This document shows positions 19,942 through 29,200 of a stretch of 64,000 bases of DNA, in pieces. The notes beneath the pieces were generated by a model. The model made no database searches and was not told the DNA's origin. It worked only from the letters and a program-made list of their open reading frames with translations. Each line of letters begins with the position of its first letter. Position 1 is the stretch's first letter. The stretch spans positions 1 to 64,000 of the forward strand of contig JBOEGF010000008.1 of NCBI GenBank assembly GCA_050633305.1. Direction: 5' to 3'. This stretch comes from Nannocystales bacterium (lineage in GTDB: Bacteria; Myxococcota_A; Polyangia; Nannocystales; Nannocystaceae). The position numbers were made by a program, and so were the translations under genes.

Positions 19942-21270
19942 ATGAACGGATGCAAACACGACATGTCCACGCTCTGCGGACCCCTTCTCTCGCTGCTGTT
20001 GCTTGCGACTGCCTGCGCGCGAGGAGGCCGAGCCGACCAGAGCGAACATCGTGGACCCAATGCGGGGCAGCTACCGTCGGCGAACGGCAAGGCCAAGCTC
20101 ACGCCGAACGGTGCGGCGGAACTTGAGAAGCCCCGAGTTGCTCTCCCCCTCCCGGCGGTGGTGGGTGAGCCCATCTCTCTGATCGGTGGCAAGGACATCC
20201 TTTGCGCAAAGCGCCACGAGGCCCCCATCGCCTGCCTCGGCCGCCTCAGCTTGCGCCTCCGGCCGCCGAAGCAATCTCAATGGCCCCTGTACCCCGATGG
20301 ACAGAAGACGGAAGTCCCGCTTGGCCTTGTTGGCCGCGACCTGACTCGACTGGATGCGCACAGCCGGAGTCGCTGCTTCATTGAGAACGGCTCCCCCTAC
20401 TGTTGGCGAGGAGCGTCCCACAGCCGAGACATCGTAAAACTCAGCATAAACGTGGAAGACGCCGTTGAGGTCCGCGCCCTGAGCCGCGGGCAGCAAGCCG
20501 TCCGGACGGTGAACGGCGACTACGTGCAGCTCCAATCTCAGCCATGCAAGGGTCGACCAGACTACGAAGCCAAACCTCGCGCGCCGGCAGGACTCGGAAA
20601 AGTCCGCAGAATCCTTGGTGGCCAACACTTCGAATGCGTAGTTACGGTCGCCAACACTGTGGCCTGCTGGGGAGAGGTCGGCGGCCCAACAAGCTGCACA
20701 GAAGCATCCGTCGAGATCGAAGGCCTCGCCAACATCGTCGATGGGGCGGGCGGCATGTACTCCGCGTGCGTCCTTCGCTCCGACAACCGCATTCTCTGTT
20801 TCGGAGACAACCGCTCGTACGGCTTGGGCGTCCCGCCGGAAGAACTGACGAAGTCGTACACACCTGTCGAAGTTGCAGGGGTCTACCCGGCAGTCAAGAT
20901 CGATGGAATCGACGACGACTACGTCGCCCTCGGTGCGAACGGTGAAGTCTGGGCGTGGGGAAGCGGCCACCTCGACCAGAAAGAGGACGGACACGCGAAG
21001 CGTTTCGACGTGCCCCGACCCGCAATCGACGTCGCCGTCCTCGACGGGATGTTCTGTGCCCTCCTCGACGACCACTCCCTGCACTGCGACGGGGACACTG
21101 TGCGCCGAGGCCTCAAGGCCGGCACGGGTCGCCCCAAGTTCGAGTCGAAGGAATTGTGGGTGAACGCGGTTCCCCACAAGATCGTCGAACTCGTCGATGA
21201 TCCCTTCGGCGGGGTCGAGCGCGACGAGGCTCGGCGAGCGCAGGGACTACCACCGTTCGATTGGAACTGA
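19942..21270 (+). CDS. RCC1-repeat beta-propeller lipoprotein (candidate immunity protein)
   Basis: Lipobox LLLLATAC. RCC1-type repeats (VACWG, ILCFGDNRSYGLG, GEVWAWGSG). Starts 2 nt after the toxin stop. Confidence 0.75.
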   Translation: MNGCKHDMSTLCGPLLSLLLLATACARGGRADQSEHRGPNAGQLPSANGKAKLTPNGAAELEKPRVALPLPAVVGEPISLIGGKDILCAKRHEAPIACLGRLSLRLRPPKQSQWPLYPDGQKTEVPLGLVGRDLTRLDAHSRSRCFIENGSPYCWRGASHSRDIVKLSINVEDAVEVRALSRGQQAVRTVNGDYVQLQSQPCKGRPDYEAKPRAPAGLGKVRRILGGQHFECVVTVANTVACWGEVGGPTSCTEASVEIEGLANIVDGAGGMYSACVLRSDNRILCFGDNRSYGLGVPPEELTKSYTPVEVAGVYPAVKIDGIDDDYVALGANGEVWAWGSGHLDQKEDGHAKRFDVPRPAIDVAVLDGMFCALLDDHSLHCDGDTVRRGLKAGTGRPKFESKELWVNAVPHKIVELVDDPFGGVERDEARRAQGLPPFDWN

Positions 21271-21482
21271 CCAGCCATCCCAACCCATCCCCTGTCGGAT
21301 CAAGCCAGCAACCCCGGAGTTGACTGTCCCGTCGCCCCCCGCAAGACACCTCTGTCATAACGTCTCAACAGCGAGCCGGTGCTTGCTTCGCGTGCGGCAG
21401 CGCGGCGGCAACGACAGAGGACGGATTTCGGACGCTGCTGTACCCAGCCGAGACGAGGTCTACACGGGTTTCTCGGTGGGGA

Positions 21483-21572
21483 CGATCGCGGGTAGCTTCC
21501 GCTCGAGTTCCCTTCTGGCGGTTGGGGACACCGCTGCACCCGCAGGATCTCAAGCCCAACTTCGCGCGAAGC
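21483..21572. repeat. Dispersed degenerate repeat, copy 2 (partner at 15304-15401)
   Basis: Same orientation as copy 1, with an ~8-nt indel between the two aligned blocks. Confidence 0.7.
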
Positions 21573-21579
21573 CTATGGT

Positions 21580-23250
21580 CTATGGTCTGTCCGCCGCCAA
21601 CTTCCTCAACTGCCGGGGCCGAACGACCTCAAAGTCACTCCCCGTCCACTGCGCCAACACGTACTGCTTGCTGCGAAGCGGCCCGCCGAACGTGAACGCC
21701 ACTTCCGTGGCAAGCCCATTCTCTGCCGAGACCACCTCCGCCTCGAACGCCAGGGTCTTCACCCGATCACCGACAGCAAACGGAACCTGGTGGCCTCGGT
21801 ACAGCGCTGCCCCACGTTCACGGAACAGGCCCTCGGCGTCGCGGGCGACCACCGTGCAGCAACCGCGGCGCCCAAGCGTCGCATCGCCGACTGCGAGTAT
21901 CCAGGTGAAGCTTGGAACGCTCAGACCGCTCCGAACCCGGGCAGCGTTCACTTCCTGCGCCACCATGAGCGTGGGCGCGCTGAGAATGATGAGGTTCGTT
22001 CCGCGAAGGTCACCGAGCTGGAGCCCAGACGCACGCACGCCGAGCCCCTCGCTCAAGCCCGCGTCGGCGACGATTCGGCTCGCAGCGAACGGCGATACGC
22101 CCAGGTGCACGATGCCAAGCGCGAGAGCAAGCATGCGTCCAAGAGTCTGCCGGGTGTTCCAAGCCGCGGCGAGCGTCCCCGCGACCAACGGAGCGAACCC
22201 GAGGACGCTGGGCCCGAGCAGTCTCGGCTGGGCAATGCTCGTCAACATGGGCACCAAGGCGAGGAGCGCACCAAGGAGCCAGAACCGGTTCTTCTCCCTG
22301 AACCCGTACCAAAGCACCGGGACCGCGACGGCGAGAAGCGCCACCTCGAGGACGAGGTGCGTCGTCGAGTCGCCAACCGATAGGCCCTGGGTCGGGCTGA
22401 GAAGGTAGCGGAGAACTGCTCCACCGCGCTCCGGGACAAGGCCAGCGAACGCTCCGGGGGAATGCAGCGGATCAATGTATGCGCCGGAACCGACGGCACC
22501 AAAGCCCGTCTGGGAGTAGACGAGACGCCACCCTGCGGCGACGGCGACCACCATCACCAACGCGAGCGGTCGGCGCTTCGGGTGCGCTCGGCCGCGCGTG
22601 ACTTCGTAGGCGCCCACGTAGGCGAAGCACGCAAGGCCAGCCTCGGAGGAGAGCAGCGACAGCAACAAGCACAGCGCCGCCTGCCAGGGGGTCTTGGCCC
22701 GCTCCCGAGCCCGAACGTAGGCCCGAACCGCAAGCGCTCCAAAGGTCAGCGCGATCAAGGCGTTGCGGTTTGCGATCCAACCCACCGGCCACGCGTGCAC
22801 AAAGGAGGTTGCGAAGACCGCCGCAGAGATCGTCGAGAGCCGGCTCCCCATGAACTGCGAGTACAAGCTGCGACCCGCGACAGTGGCCGCCGAAAGCCAC
22901 AATGCGCTGTGCAGGTGCATCATCCAGGGGCGTCCAGCCCAGAGCTGGACATCCAAAGCGTGAGAGGCCGCAGCGACGGGGCGGAAGAAGTGCAACTGGA
23001 TCCCCTCTGCGGTCCACCAGGGCAGCAGACCCGAAAAGCGAAGCCGTTCGTCGTAGGCACCGAGAACGTAGAGATCCCACCAGCTCGCGCCGGGAACGCC
23101 ATTTTGCCATCCGTCGAGCCGAGCCAAGAGCGCGAAGTCGTCGAGGAACAGCCCGGCGTCGAGGCTCCGCCAGTGCAGGAGAACCGGGAGCACTGCCAAC
23201 AGCACCAGGTCCCAAGCAGGCTTGCGCAACGCGGCTCGCACGACGAGCAT
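21580..23250 (-). CDS. Multi-pass membrane protein, GT-C glycosyltransferase-like
   Basis: About 10-12 hydrophobic segments. LFLDDF acidic motif after TM1, FFRP, and the HxxxVxWIANRN and SxE motifs typical of TMTC/GT-C-like proteins. Confidence 0.7.
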   Translation of the reverse strand: MLVVRAALRKPAWDLVLLAVLPVLLHWRSLDAGLFLDDFALLARLDGWQNGVPGASWWDLYVLGAYDERLRFSGLLPWWTAEGIQLHFFRPVAAASHALDVQLWAGRPWMMHLHSALWLSAATVAGRSLYSQFMGSRLSTISAAVFATSFVHAWPVGWIANRNALIALTFGALAVRAYVRARERAKTPWQAALCLLLSLLSSEAGLACFAYVGAYEVTRGRAHPKRRPLALVMVVAVAAGWRLVYSQTGFGAVGSGAYIDPLHSPGAFAGLVPERGGAVLRYLLSPTQGLSVGDSTTHLVLEVALLAVAVPVLWYGFREKNRFWLLGALLALVPMLTSIAQPRLLGPSVLGFAPLVAGTLAAAWNTRQTLGRMLALALGIVHLGVSPFAASRIVADAGLSEGLGVRASGLQLGDLRGTNLIILSAPTLMVAQEVNAARVRSGLSVPSFTWILAVGDATLGRRGCCTVVARDAEGLFRERGAALYRGHQVPFAVGDRVKTLAFEAEVVSAENGLATEVAFTFGGPLRSKQYVLAQWTGSDFEVVRPRQLRKLAADRP

Positions 23251-23342
23251 CCTGGCCCTTTTCTCGTCGTCCCGCGAGCCGGCTGGTTGCCGCCGCGAAG
23301 AAAAGCTGCAACGGTCGCTGGATGCGGTCGATAGGTGGGGGG

Positions 23343-25064
23343 ATGATAGGAAAGTCAGGCTCGGTTCTCGGCGTTGCGCTGCTCATCTCAGCAGCGGGCT
23401 GTTTTTCGCCAGAGGTTGGCGTAGACAGTGAGACAGGTAGCGCTGGCGACGATGCCACCGGCTCCACCTCCGATACGGACAGCGGAGGCGTGTCCGGCCC
23501 GACGGCTTCGTCGGACACCGGGAACGAAACAGGGGGCTCATCCTCCGTCGGAGAAACCGACACGGCGGCTGACTCCTCGGGTTCCACGGGCACCCTCAAC
23601 CCAACCGCCGGTGAGACAGCCGGTGAGACAGAGGGCGGCGTGGCCCCCGTGGTTTCGCTCCTCATCAACGGGTCGGACGACCCCGACGACGTCGAGGGCG
23701 CCAGCGGCATTGAGATCGAGGTCGAGGCCGATGACGCCGACGGAGACGTGGTCGAGGTCCGACTGCTCGTTGACGGCGAGCTCTTGGACATCCCTCTGGA
23801 AGAAGTCCCCGGCGGGTTCCGAGGCGAGTGGGTCGTCTCGGGGGCCGAGGTCAACGGCGCGCGTGCGATCGAAGCCGTTGCAGTCGACGACGATGGCCTC
23901 GAAGGCTCTGCCTCGGGCGAGGTCACCCTCAACCTACCCGATGGAGGACTCATCCAAGGTTGGGTCTACGACAACGGAGAAGGTGGCTCGGTACTCGGAA
24001 TCGCCCCGAGCCCTGAGGGCGACGAAGTCGTATGGAGCGGACAGGTCTTCGTCGATGGCAACCAACTCATGCGGGTCGACCGGGTTGTCGGCGACCCCTG
24101 GCAAGGCAACGGAAGTACAAACGACGATCAAGGGGGCGACGTTCTGCGGCTCGACTCGGGAAACCACGTTGTCGCCAGCGCGGCCGGCGATGCGTTCGAC
24201 CTCGACACCCGGCTCCGCCGCTACTCTGCGAGTGGTGCTGCGCAGGGCATGGGGGTGTTCGATGGAAGCGACAACAACGCCTCCAGTTGGCCCTTGGGGC
24301 TCGAGGCCGATGCAGCAGGCGACTACTACGTCCTCGGCGCTTTCACCGGACCAGACGCGTACTCATCGTTCCTCCTGAAAACGAACTCCGACTACACGCA
24401 AGAGTGGAAGCGAAACCTGACCGAGTCAGTGGAGACGGACGGCGCCCCTCTCGTGTACGACTTCGACGTTCGAGCAGATGGCCAGATCGCCGTCGTCGGC
24501 AGCCACGCTGAAACCGAGTACCTCTGGCTAGCAACGTACACCCCAGGCGGCGAACTCGACGAGCAGCTATCGCTCCCGTCCGAGTTTGACGCCAGCATTG
24601 GGTTCGATGCGTCGTGGGACCCAGACGGCGGAGTCGTGGTCTCAGGAAGCGCCGACGAGGGCGGGGGCTGGGGTCGTTTCGTTCGCAAGTACGACGAGGC
24701 TCTGCTCGAAGAATGGAGTGTCGACGGGCCGGGCAACGACGACTTCGGGTTGGCCGTGACCGTGGACGAACACGGACACACGGTTGTCGCGTTCGCCGAG
24801 AACTGCAACTTCACCGCTCCATTCGGCTACAACGATTGCCGATTGGTGCTCCGTAGCTACGACGACTCTGGAGCCATGCGATGGCAGCATATCGCGGAAG
24901 ACTCAGGTTCTGAATTCACCGGACCGCTGTTCTTCCGACCCGGGGCGAAGCCTGACATCGAGGTCGACAGGTACGGCTACGTCTACGTGACCGCACTCCA
25001 CGACCGCCCCCTTGGAGGTGGTGACACGCGGCCACAGTGGTGGGCTGAGAAGCATCACCCGTAG
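23343..25064 (+). CDS. Lipoprotein with Ser/Thr/Gly linker, Ig-like domain and beta-propeller
   Basis: MIGKSGSVLGVALLISAAGC lipobox. Low-complexity linker, an Ig-like segment (VEADDADGDVVEVRLLVDG...AVAVDDDG) and propeller repeats ((F/L)LxK(Y/T)...G...W). Confidence 0.8.
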   Translation: MIGKSGSVLGVALLISAAGCFSPEVGVDSETGSAGDDATGSTSDTDSGGVSGPTASSDTGNETGGSSSVGETDTAADSSGSTGTLNPTAGETAGETEGGVAPVVSLLINGSDDPDDVEGASGIEIEVEADDADGDVVEVRLLVDGELLDIPLEEVPGGFRGEWVVSGAEVNGARAIEAVAVDDDGLEGSASGEVTLNLPDGGLIQGWVYDNGEGGSVLGIAPSPEGDEVVWSGQVFVDGNQLMRVDRVVGDPWQGNGSTNDDQGGDVLRLDSGNHVVASAAGDAFDLDTRLRRYSASGAAQGMGVFDGSDNNASSWPLGLEADAAGDYYVLGAFTGPDAYSSFLLKTNSDYTQEWKRNLTESVETDGAPLVYDFDVRADGQIAVVGSHAETEYLWLATYTPGGELDEQLSLPSEFDASIGFDASWDPDGGVVVSGSADEGGGWGRFVRKYDEALLEEWSVDGPGNDDFGLAVTVDEHGHTVVAFAENCNFTAPFGYNDCRLVLRSYDDSGAMRWQHIAEDSGSEFTGPLFFRPGAKPDIEVDRYGYVYVTALHDRPLGGGDTRPQWWAEKHHP

Positions 25065-25124
25065 GGCTCTGTGGCGGTGCGCTGTCCCAAGACGCTGACG
25101 TCCACTCCGGCGAGAGAGCCGCGA

Positions 25125-25943
25125 TCACCCTCCCTCCTCGCAGCCGAGCAACCCCGCCTCCCCTGCCGGAATCGCCGACAGCGCGGGCACCTCCCCGGTC
25201 CACCCCCGGACTTCCCCAATCGCCTCCGCCACTCGCCCCCACGACACGTCGTGATGCACGGACACGGTGCCAACCGAGCAGCTGGGCTCGTCCTCGGAGG
25301 CCTCTTTCGCGCGCGCCTTCACAGCTGCCAACTGCGCCGCCGTGGTGCCTACCGACTCCACGTCGCAGGCCAGCTCCGCCTTCGACGACCCAACCGTCGC
25401 ATCCGCCCTGTCAGCATAGGCCCCCGCGCGCTTCCTCGGACTCGCGCAAGGCCCCACATGCCCCGACCAGGTCTTCAACGCCATTTGCATGCGAAGCACC
25501 TCGACCACGACGTGGGTGCATGCCTGGGTCGGCGTCGTCGCATAGCAGACGTCCCAGGGGCGGAACGGCACCGAGCCTGTCCCCGACTGGTCGATCACGA
25601 CGGCCATGTCACGCTCGTCGGAACTGTTGTGCAACACCGACGCAACCGGAAATACCGCCGAGTAGGGAGTCTCGGAGTTCACGACAACCCGGCCCTGCGT
25701 GATGGGCGTGGAAGCAAGTTTGTGGCAACGCCCGACCTCGCGGCTCAGATCCTCCACCAGGATTCGACTCGAGCTCTCACCGCAGCCCACGGTCACGAAC
25801 TCCGCCGCACCGAAGACATCCACGACGATGTGTCCCGGAGCCGTCGGTTCGGCTTTCTCCGATCGCTGCGGACACCCGAACGCAACGAGTGCGAGGACAC
25901 CCAGCACGCCGGGACGAAGCACCGCTGAGCGTTCAGAAGTCAT
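25125..25943 (-). CDS. Hypothetical Cys-containing lipoprotein (candidate immunity protein)
   Basis: VLGVLALVAFGC lipobox. The start overlaps the stop of the upstream DUF4347-like gene. Confidence 0.6.
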   Translation of the reverse strand: MTSERSAVLRPGVLGVLALVAFGCPQRSEKAEPTAPGHIVVDVFGAAEFVTVGCGESSSRILVEDLSREVGRCHKLASTPITQGRVVVNSETPYSAVFPVASVLHNSSDERDMAVVIDQSGTGSVPFRPWDVCYATTPTQACTHVVVEVLRMQMALKTWSGHVGPCASPRKRAGAYADRADATVGSSKAELACDVESVGTTAAQLAAVKARAKEASEDEPSCSVGTVSVHHDVSWGRVAEAIGEVRGWTGEVPALSAIPAGEAGLLGCEEGG

Positions 25944-26949
25944 CGGGCCACAGGTAGGTCACGGCATCGGAGGTCGGAAGGCCCTCCCGGAAGTTGGCGG
26001 GAGGGGCCTTCGTGTTCTTTGCGTTTGCCCTCACGTAGCCGTGTTTGAGGTCTCCGAAGAAGATCTTGCACAGGGCCGCGATGAATCGTTTTCCGGGCTC
26101 ACCGCGCCCGGTGGAACACCCATCGAGAATGACGGAACTACGCGGTGCCATGTAGTTTTTCATCTTTGCCAGGGCGGCGACGAGGGCAGGTTCTCCGAGC
26201 GATGGGGTGTCGAGAAGCTCGCCTGTAAACGCAAACGCCGAAGGCAGCGTGTCGTCGCCCGCGAAGCCGTGCCCCATGAACCGGAGCTCTCGGACAAAGC
26301 AATTGGCCTCGGTTGGCTGCGACGGTGGGGAGGCAAAGAGCTTGCCCACCGCCAGCTCCTGGGCGAGTTCCTCGAAGCTCACGTGCAAGTCTCCGAAGTG
26401 GCCTTGAAGGTCGACGAGTGCGTCGCAGTACCCTGCGGCCATGCGGGCCTCTCCAATCTTGTGCAAGGTGAGTTCAGCATTGTCCACCACCTCCGCGGGG
26501 ACCATCTCAAAGTCCAGCGAAACGCCGCACTCAACCCAGAGGCGCTCCGCGTGATAGATGCGTTCCCGTTCTCTGGCCACGCTACCAGGTGCAATCGTCC
26601 CCCCGGCCTCAGCAAACTGCTTCCGCTCGGCTGCGAGTCGGGGTTCCATGTTTTTGCTTACGGCCGCGATTCGAGCATCGCAGATCACCTCGAGGCGCTT
26701 TGCGGCGGCCTGGATTCTTTGGAGCGCGTCCTTCGCCGAGTCGGAGAGATTGGCTCTGGGCCAGAAGCCGCACGCGATCTGGATTTCCTGGAGCGCGGTC
26801 CGATCGACGACGTGTGCGAGGTACTCTTCGATAGAGTCACTCTCTGCGAGCAACTTCTTGATCGCGAGCTCGGCGCGAACAGAAATTGTCGAGGGCGCGT
26901 ACGTTACGGCCCTCCTCGACGGGGCCAGAAAGGCAGAGATGGATGCCAT
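25933..26949 (-). CDS. Protein with C-terminal DUF4347/caspase-like His-Cys domain (putative effector)
   Basis: ELRFMGHG...SVILDGCSTGRGEPGKRFIAAL matches the DUF4347 pattern (GHG...L.GC..G.G..G..F...L). A GAGGAG RBS precedes ATG 26949. Confidence 0.7.
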   Translation of the reverse strand: MASISAFLAPSRRAVTYAPSTISVRAELAIKKLLAESDSIEEYLAHVVDRTALQEIQIACGFWPRANLSDSAKDALQRIQAAAKRLEVICDARIAAVSKNMEPRLAAERKQFAEAGGTIAPGSVARERERIYHAERLWVECGVSLDFEMVPAEVVDNAELTLHKIGEARMAAGYCDALVDLQGHFGDLHVSFEELAQELAVGKLFASPPSQPTEANCFVRELRFMGHGFAGDDTLPSAFAFTGELLDTPSLGEPALVAALAKMKNYMAPRSSVILDGCSTGRGEPGKRFIAALCKIFFGDLKHGYVRANAKNTKAPPANFREGLPTSDAVTYLWPDDF

Positions 26950-26962
26950 GGATCTGCTCCTC

Positions 26963-28729
26963 CTACTTTTTGGGAAGGTGTTGTTCGGAACGCTCGACCA
27001 GTCGCGTTCGCGTTTGGGCGGGCAGGTCGGGCTGATCTCCCTCGGGGAATGGGTATGCATCCACCCCCTCGTCGATTTGAAATCTCAAGACGGCTTCCTC
27101 CGGCTGTTCGCCCGAGTGATAGCCAAGGTTGGAGAGATTGGAGATCCAACTCTTTGGATGTGCATCATCGGCCAATCGTAGCTGCCGCACGTACTCGAAC
27201 GGCCCGGACGGACTGGGGCCATCCCACGCGACCTCGAGTCTCGAAGGTGCAGGCCCCACAAACGGGAACTCGGCGAGTCCCTCGGCGTCGGTCATCCCGG
27301 TGATGGTCTCTCCGTCGACCAGCGCAGCGAAATGGGTGTTGGCGGAAAGCGCCCCATCCCCGTCGTACAAAGCCAGCCGGAGCGAGTCCTGTTCTGTCCC
27401 TGCACGAATGTCGATCGTCTCTGAGGCCGACGCTGCCCAGGCGGGATGGTCCGTGCTTCCGGGCCCGGACGTCGCAGCGGCGGGGAGAGGATCGACCGGC
27501 CCGTCGAAGAAGAAGAGTTCGACGCGCCGGTTGTCCTCCAGGAGTTGCCCATCCGCGGTCTCGATGGCGGGGAAGTGCTCGCCACACCCGTGCGCCACCG
27601 ATGTCACGCCGGCAGGGAGGGTCGTTTCGTCGAGGCCCATATAGGACTGCACGAGTTTCTCCCGGGTGATCGGGCCGATGATGCCATCGTCCTCGATCGC
27701 CTGAGCGGTCTGGAACTCCGCGATGCGACCACTGAACCCCAACGCACGCAGCATGTGCAGATCTTCGAGGCATCCCCACCGGCGCGACGCGGCGACGGAG
27801 TCGTCGTACATCGCAAGCCAGGCGCTCGTATCGTCCTGCAGAAAAGCGAGGAGGTTCATGGCCCGCTCGAGTGAAAGATCCATGTTGTACGAAGCCGCGC
27901 CCGCCGTGTCGGTGTGACCCACCGCCAACACCGAGAACCCCTCACAGCGAGCGTACTCATCGACAATCTTCCGAATCCCATCCATCGCGCTGGGCAGAAC
28001 GAACGACTTTTCCAAGTCGAAGAAGAACCCGACGATGCGCACGCATACGACCGAAGACGGCGAGGGCTGGGGGCCAACCGGCCCGGGGCCAACCGGCTCG
28101 GGTTCGACACCGCCGGGGCCCAGAGGTCTAGGCTCCCCCGGACGTTCCGGCTGCGTTGCTCCGGGACCAAGCGGGCTCTCGGGCTTCTCGTCCTCGGTGT
28201 CCCCATCCTCGCGAGGCGGTAGCTGAAGCCCGGAGAGCTCAACCTCCACGTACGCGTCTCCTTCCAGCTCACCGACGCGGCGCCTCTCCCCGGCGGGCAG
28301 CACCCCTGCAGGTTCGCCGCTGGGAGCGTGCACCTGGTATCGCGCTGCGACGCCCTCCCCATCGCCGTCCACAACCTCGAAGCTCAGCGACTCGAGCTCA
28401 CGCCTCGGCTCCTGGGGCGGAAGCAGGTCGAACAGGTTGGCCTCCGGCGGACGGTCCATCACCGGGGGGTTCGTGCGGGTCTTGAGCAACTCGAGAGCAC
28501 CAGAGGACAGCCCAGTGGCCAGCCATTCGGCAAGCTCGTCCCGTGTCGCCTGGGGCTGGCCGATCCCGGCCCGGAGCGATTCGAGGTTCGTAGGATCGTC
28601 GAGAATCCGCTGGACCAGCGCCGCGGAACGCTCATCGTCTTGGACCTTCAGCCGGTGCTTCCAGCTGACCAGGTAGCCGTGGCCACCCGGTGTGCGAAGC
28701 CGCTTCGGGTCACCGAGCACGGTGCTCAT
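26963..28729 (-). CDS. OmpA-family/peptidoglycan-binding protein with transthyretin-like adaptor domains
   Basis: FFDLEKSFVLP...VGHTDTAGAASYNMDLSLERA...NRRVELFFF (OmpA) and DDGIIGPITR (PG-binding). FEVVDGDGEGVAARY and LYDGDG...GMTDAEG resemble T6SS spike C-terminal adaptor domains. ATG 28729 is inferred. Confidence 0.8.
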   Translation of the reverse strand: MSTVLGDPKRLRTPGGHGYLVSWKHRLKVQDDERSAALVQRILDDPTNLESLRAGIGQPQATRDELAEWLATGLSSGALELLKTRTNPPVMDRPPEANLFDLLPPQEPRRELESLSFEVVDGDGEGVAARYQVHAPSGEPAGVLPAGERRRVGELEGDAYVEVELSGLQLPPREDGDTEDEKPESPLGPGATQPERPGEPRPLGPGGVEPEPVGPGPVGPQPSPSSVVCVRIVGFFFDLEKSFVLPSAMDGIRKIVDEYARCEGFSVLAVGHTDTAGAASYNMDLSLERAMNLLAFLQDDTSAWLAMYDDSVAASRRWGCLEDLHMLRALGFSGRIAEFQTAQAIEDDGIIGPITREKLVQSYMGLDETTLPAGVTSVAHGCGEHFPAIETADGQLLEDNRRVELFFFDGPVDPLPAAATSGPGSTDHPAWAASASETIDIRAGTEQDSLRLALYDGDGALSANTHFAALVDGETITGMTDAEGLAEFPFVGPAPSRLEVAWDGPSPSGPFEYVRQLRLADDAHPKSWISNLSNLGYHSGEQPEEAVLRFQIDEGVDAYPFPEGDQPDLPAQTRTRLVERSEQHLPKK

Positions 28730-28995
28730 CTCCGCATGCGGGCCGGGCAGTTTCAAGGGTTGTCGCGTCACGCAGACAGGAGACGCCTCGAAACCGGGCT
28801 GGGACCCAAGTTCTTGCGTTCGTCCACACTGCATGCAGCGCCACCCGGCGCCTTCCGCCCTTCGCGTCCCCATCGAGGCGTGCTCTGGCTCGGCTGCACA
28901 GCCGGTCATCCCCTGTCCCTCGAGCGGCTTCTCCCGGACGGCCCCTCCTCACGCTTGTTACCGTCCACCTCCCCCGCACGGACGAGCCCAGCGCA

Positions 28996-29200
28996 AGCCT
29001 CCAGGTCCACCTCGACACGCTCGAGTACACCCGCCAAGGCCTCCGGACCCGCACCCCGCTCGACCTCACCACCGGCCGCCACAACCGCGTCCGCCTCATC
29101 CGTCCCAAACTGGCGGCGGTCCCCCCTCACCGCCCAGCACGGCTTCGCGCTCGACCGAGCCTTCCCGCTCCCGGCCACCCTCGCCTTGCTCTGGGCCGAC
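28996..29200 (+). pseudogene. Frameshifted, truncated paralog of the 15765-17399 gene
   Basis: SLQVHLDTLEYTRQGLRTRTPLDLTTGRHNRVRLIRP aligns with DIRVHIDTLEYTRDGLASREPIPLQVGQHNRVVLIRP. Homology continues in another frame (HGFALDRAFPLPATLAL vs GGFPSNSSFPGPGVLSL) after the C6 run at 29121-29126. Confidence 0.75.

Noticed and set aside
21350..21530. Integron attC site (CATAAC...GTTGGGG, CCTCTGTC/GACAGAGG)
   Set aside because: The R boxes are not complementary, the length is atypical and there is no integrase.
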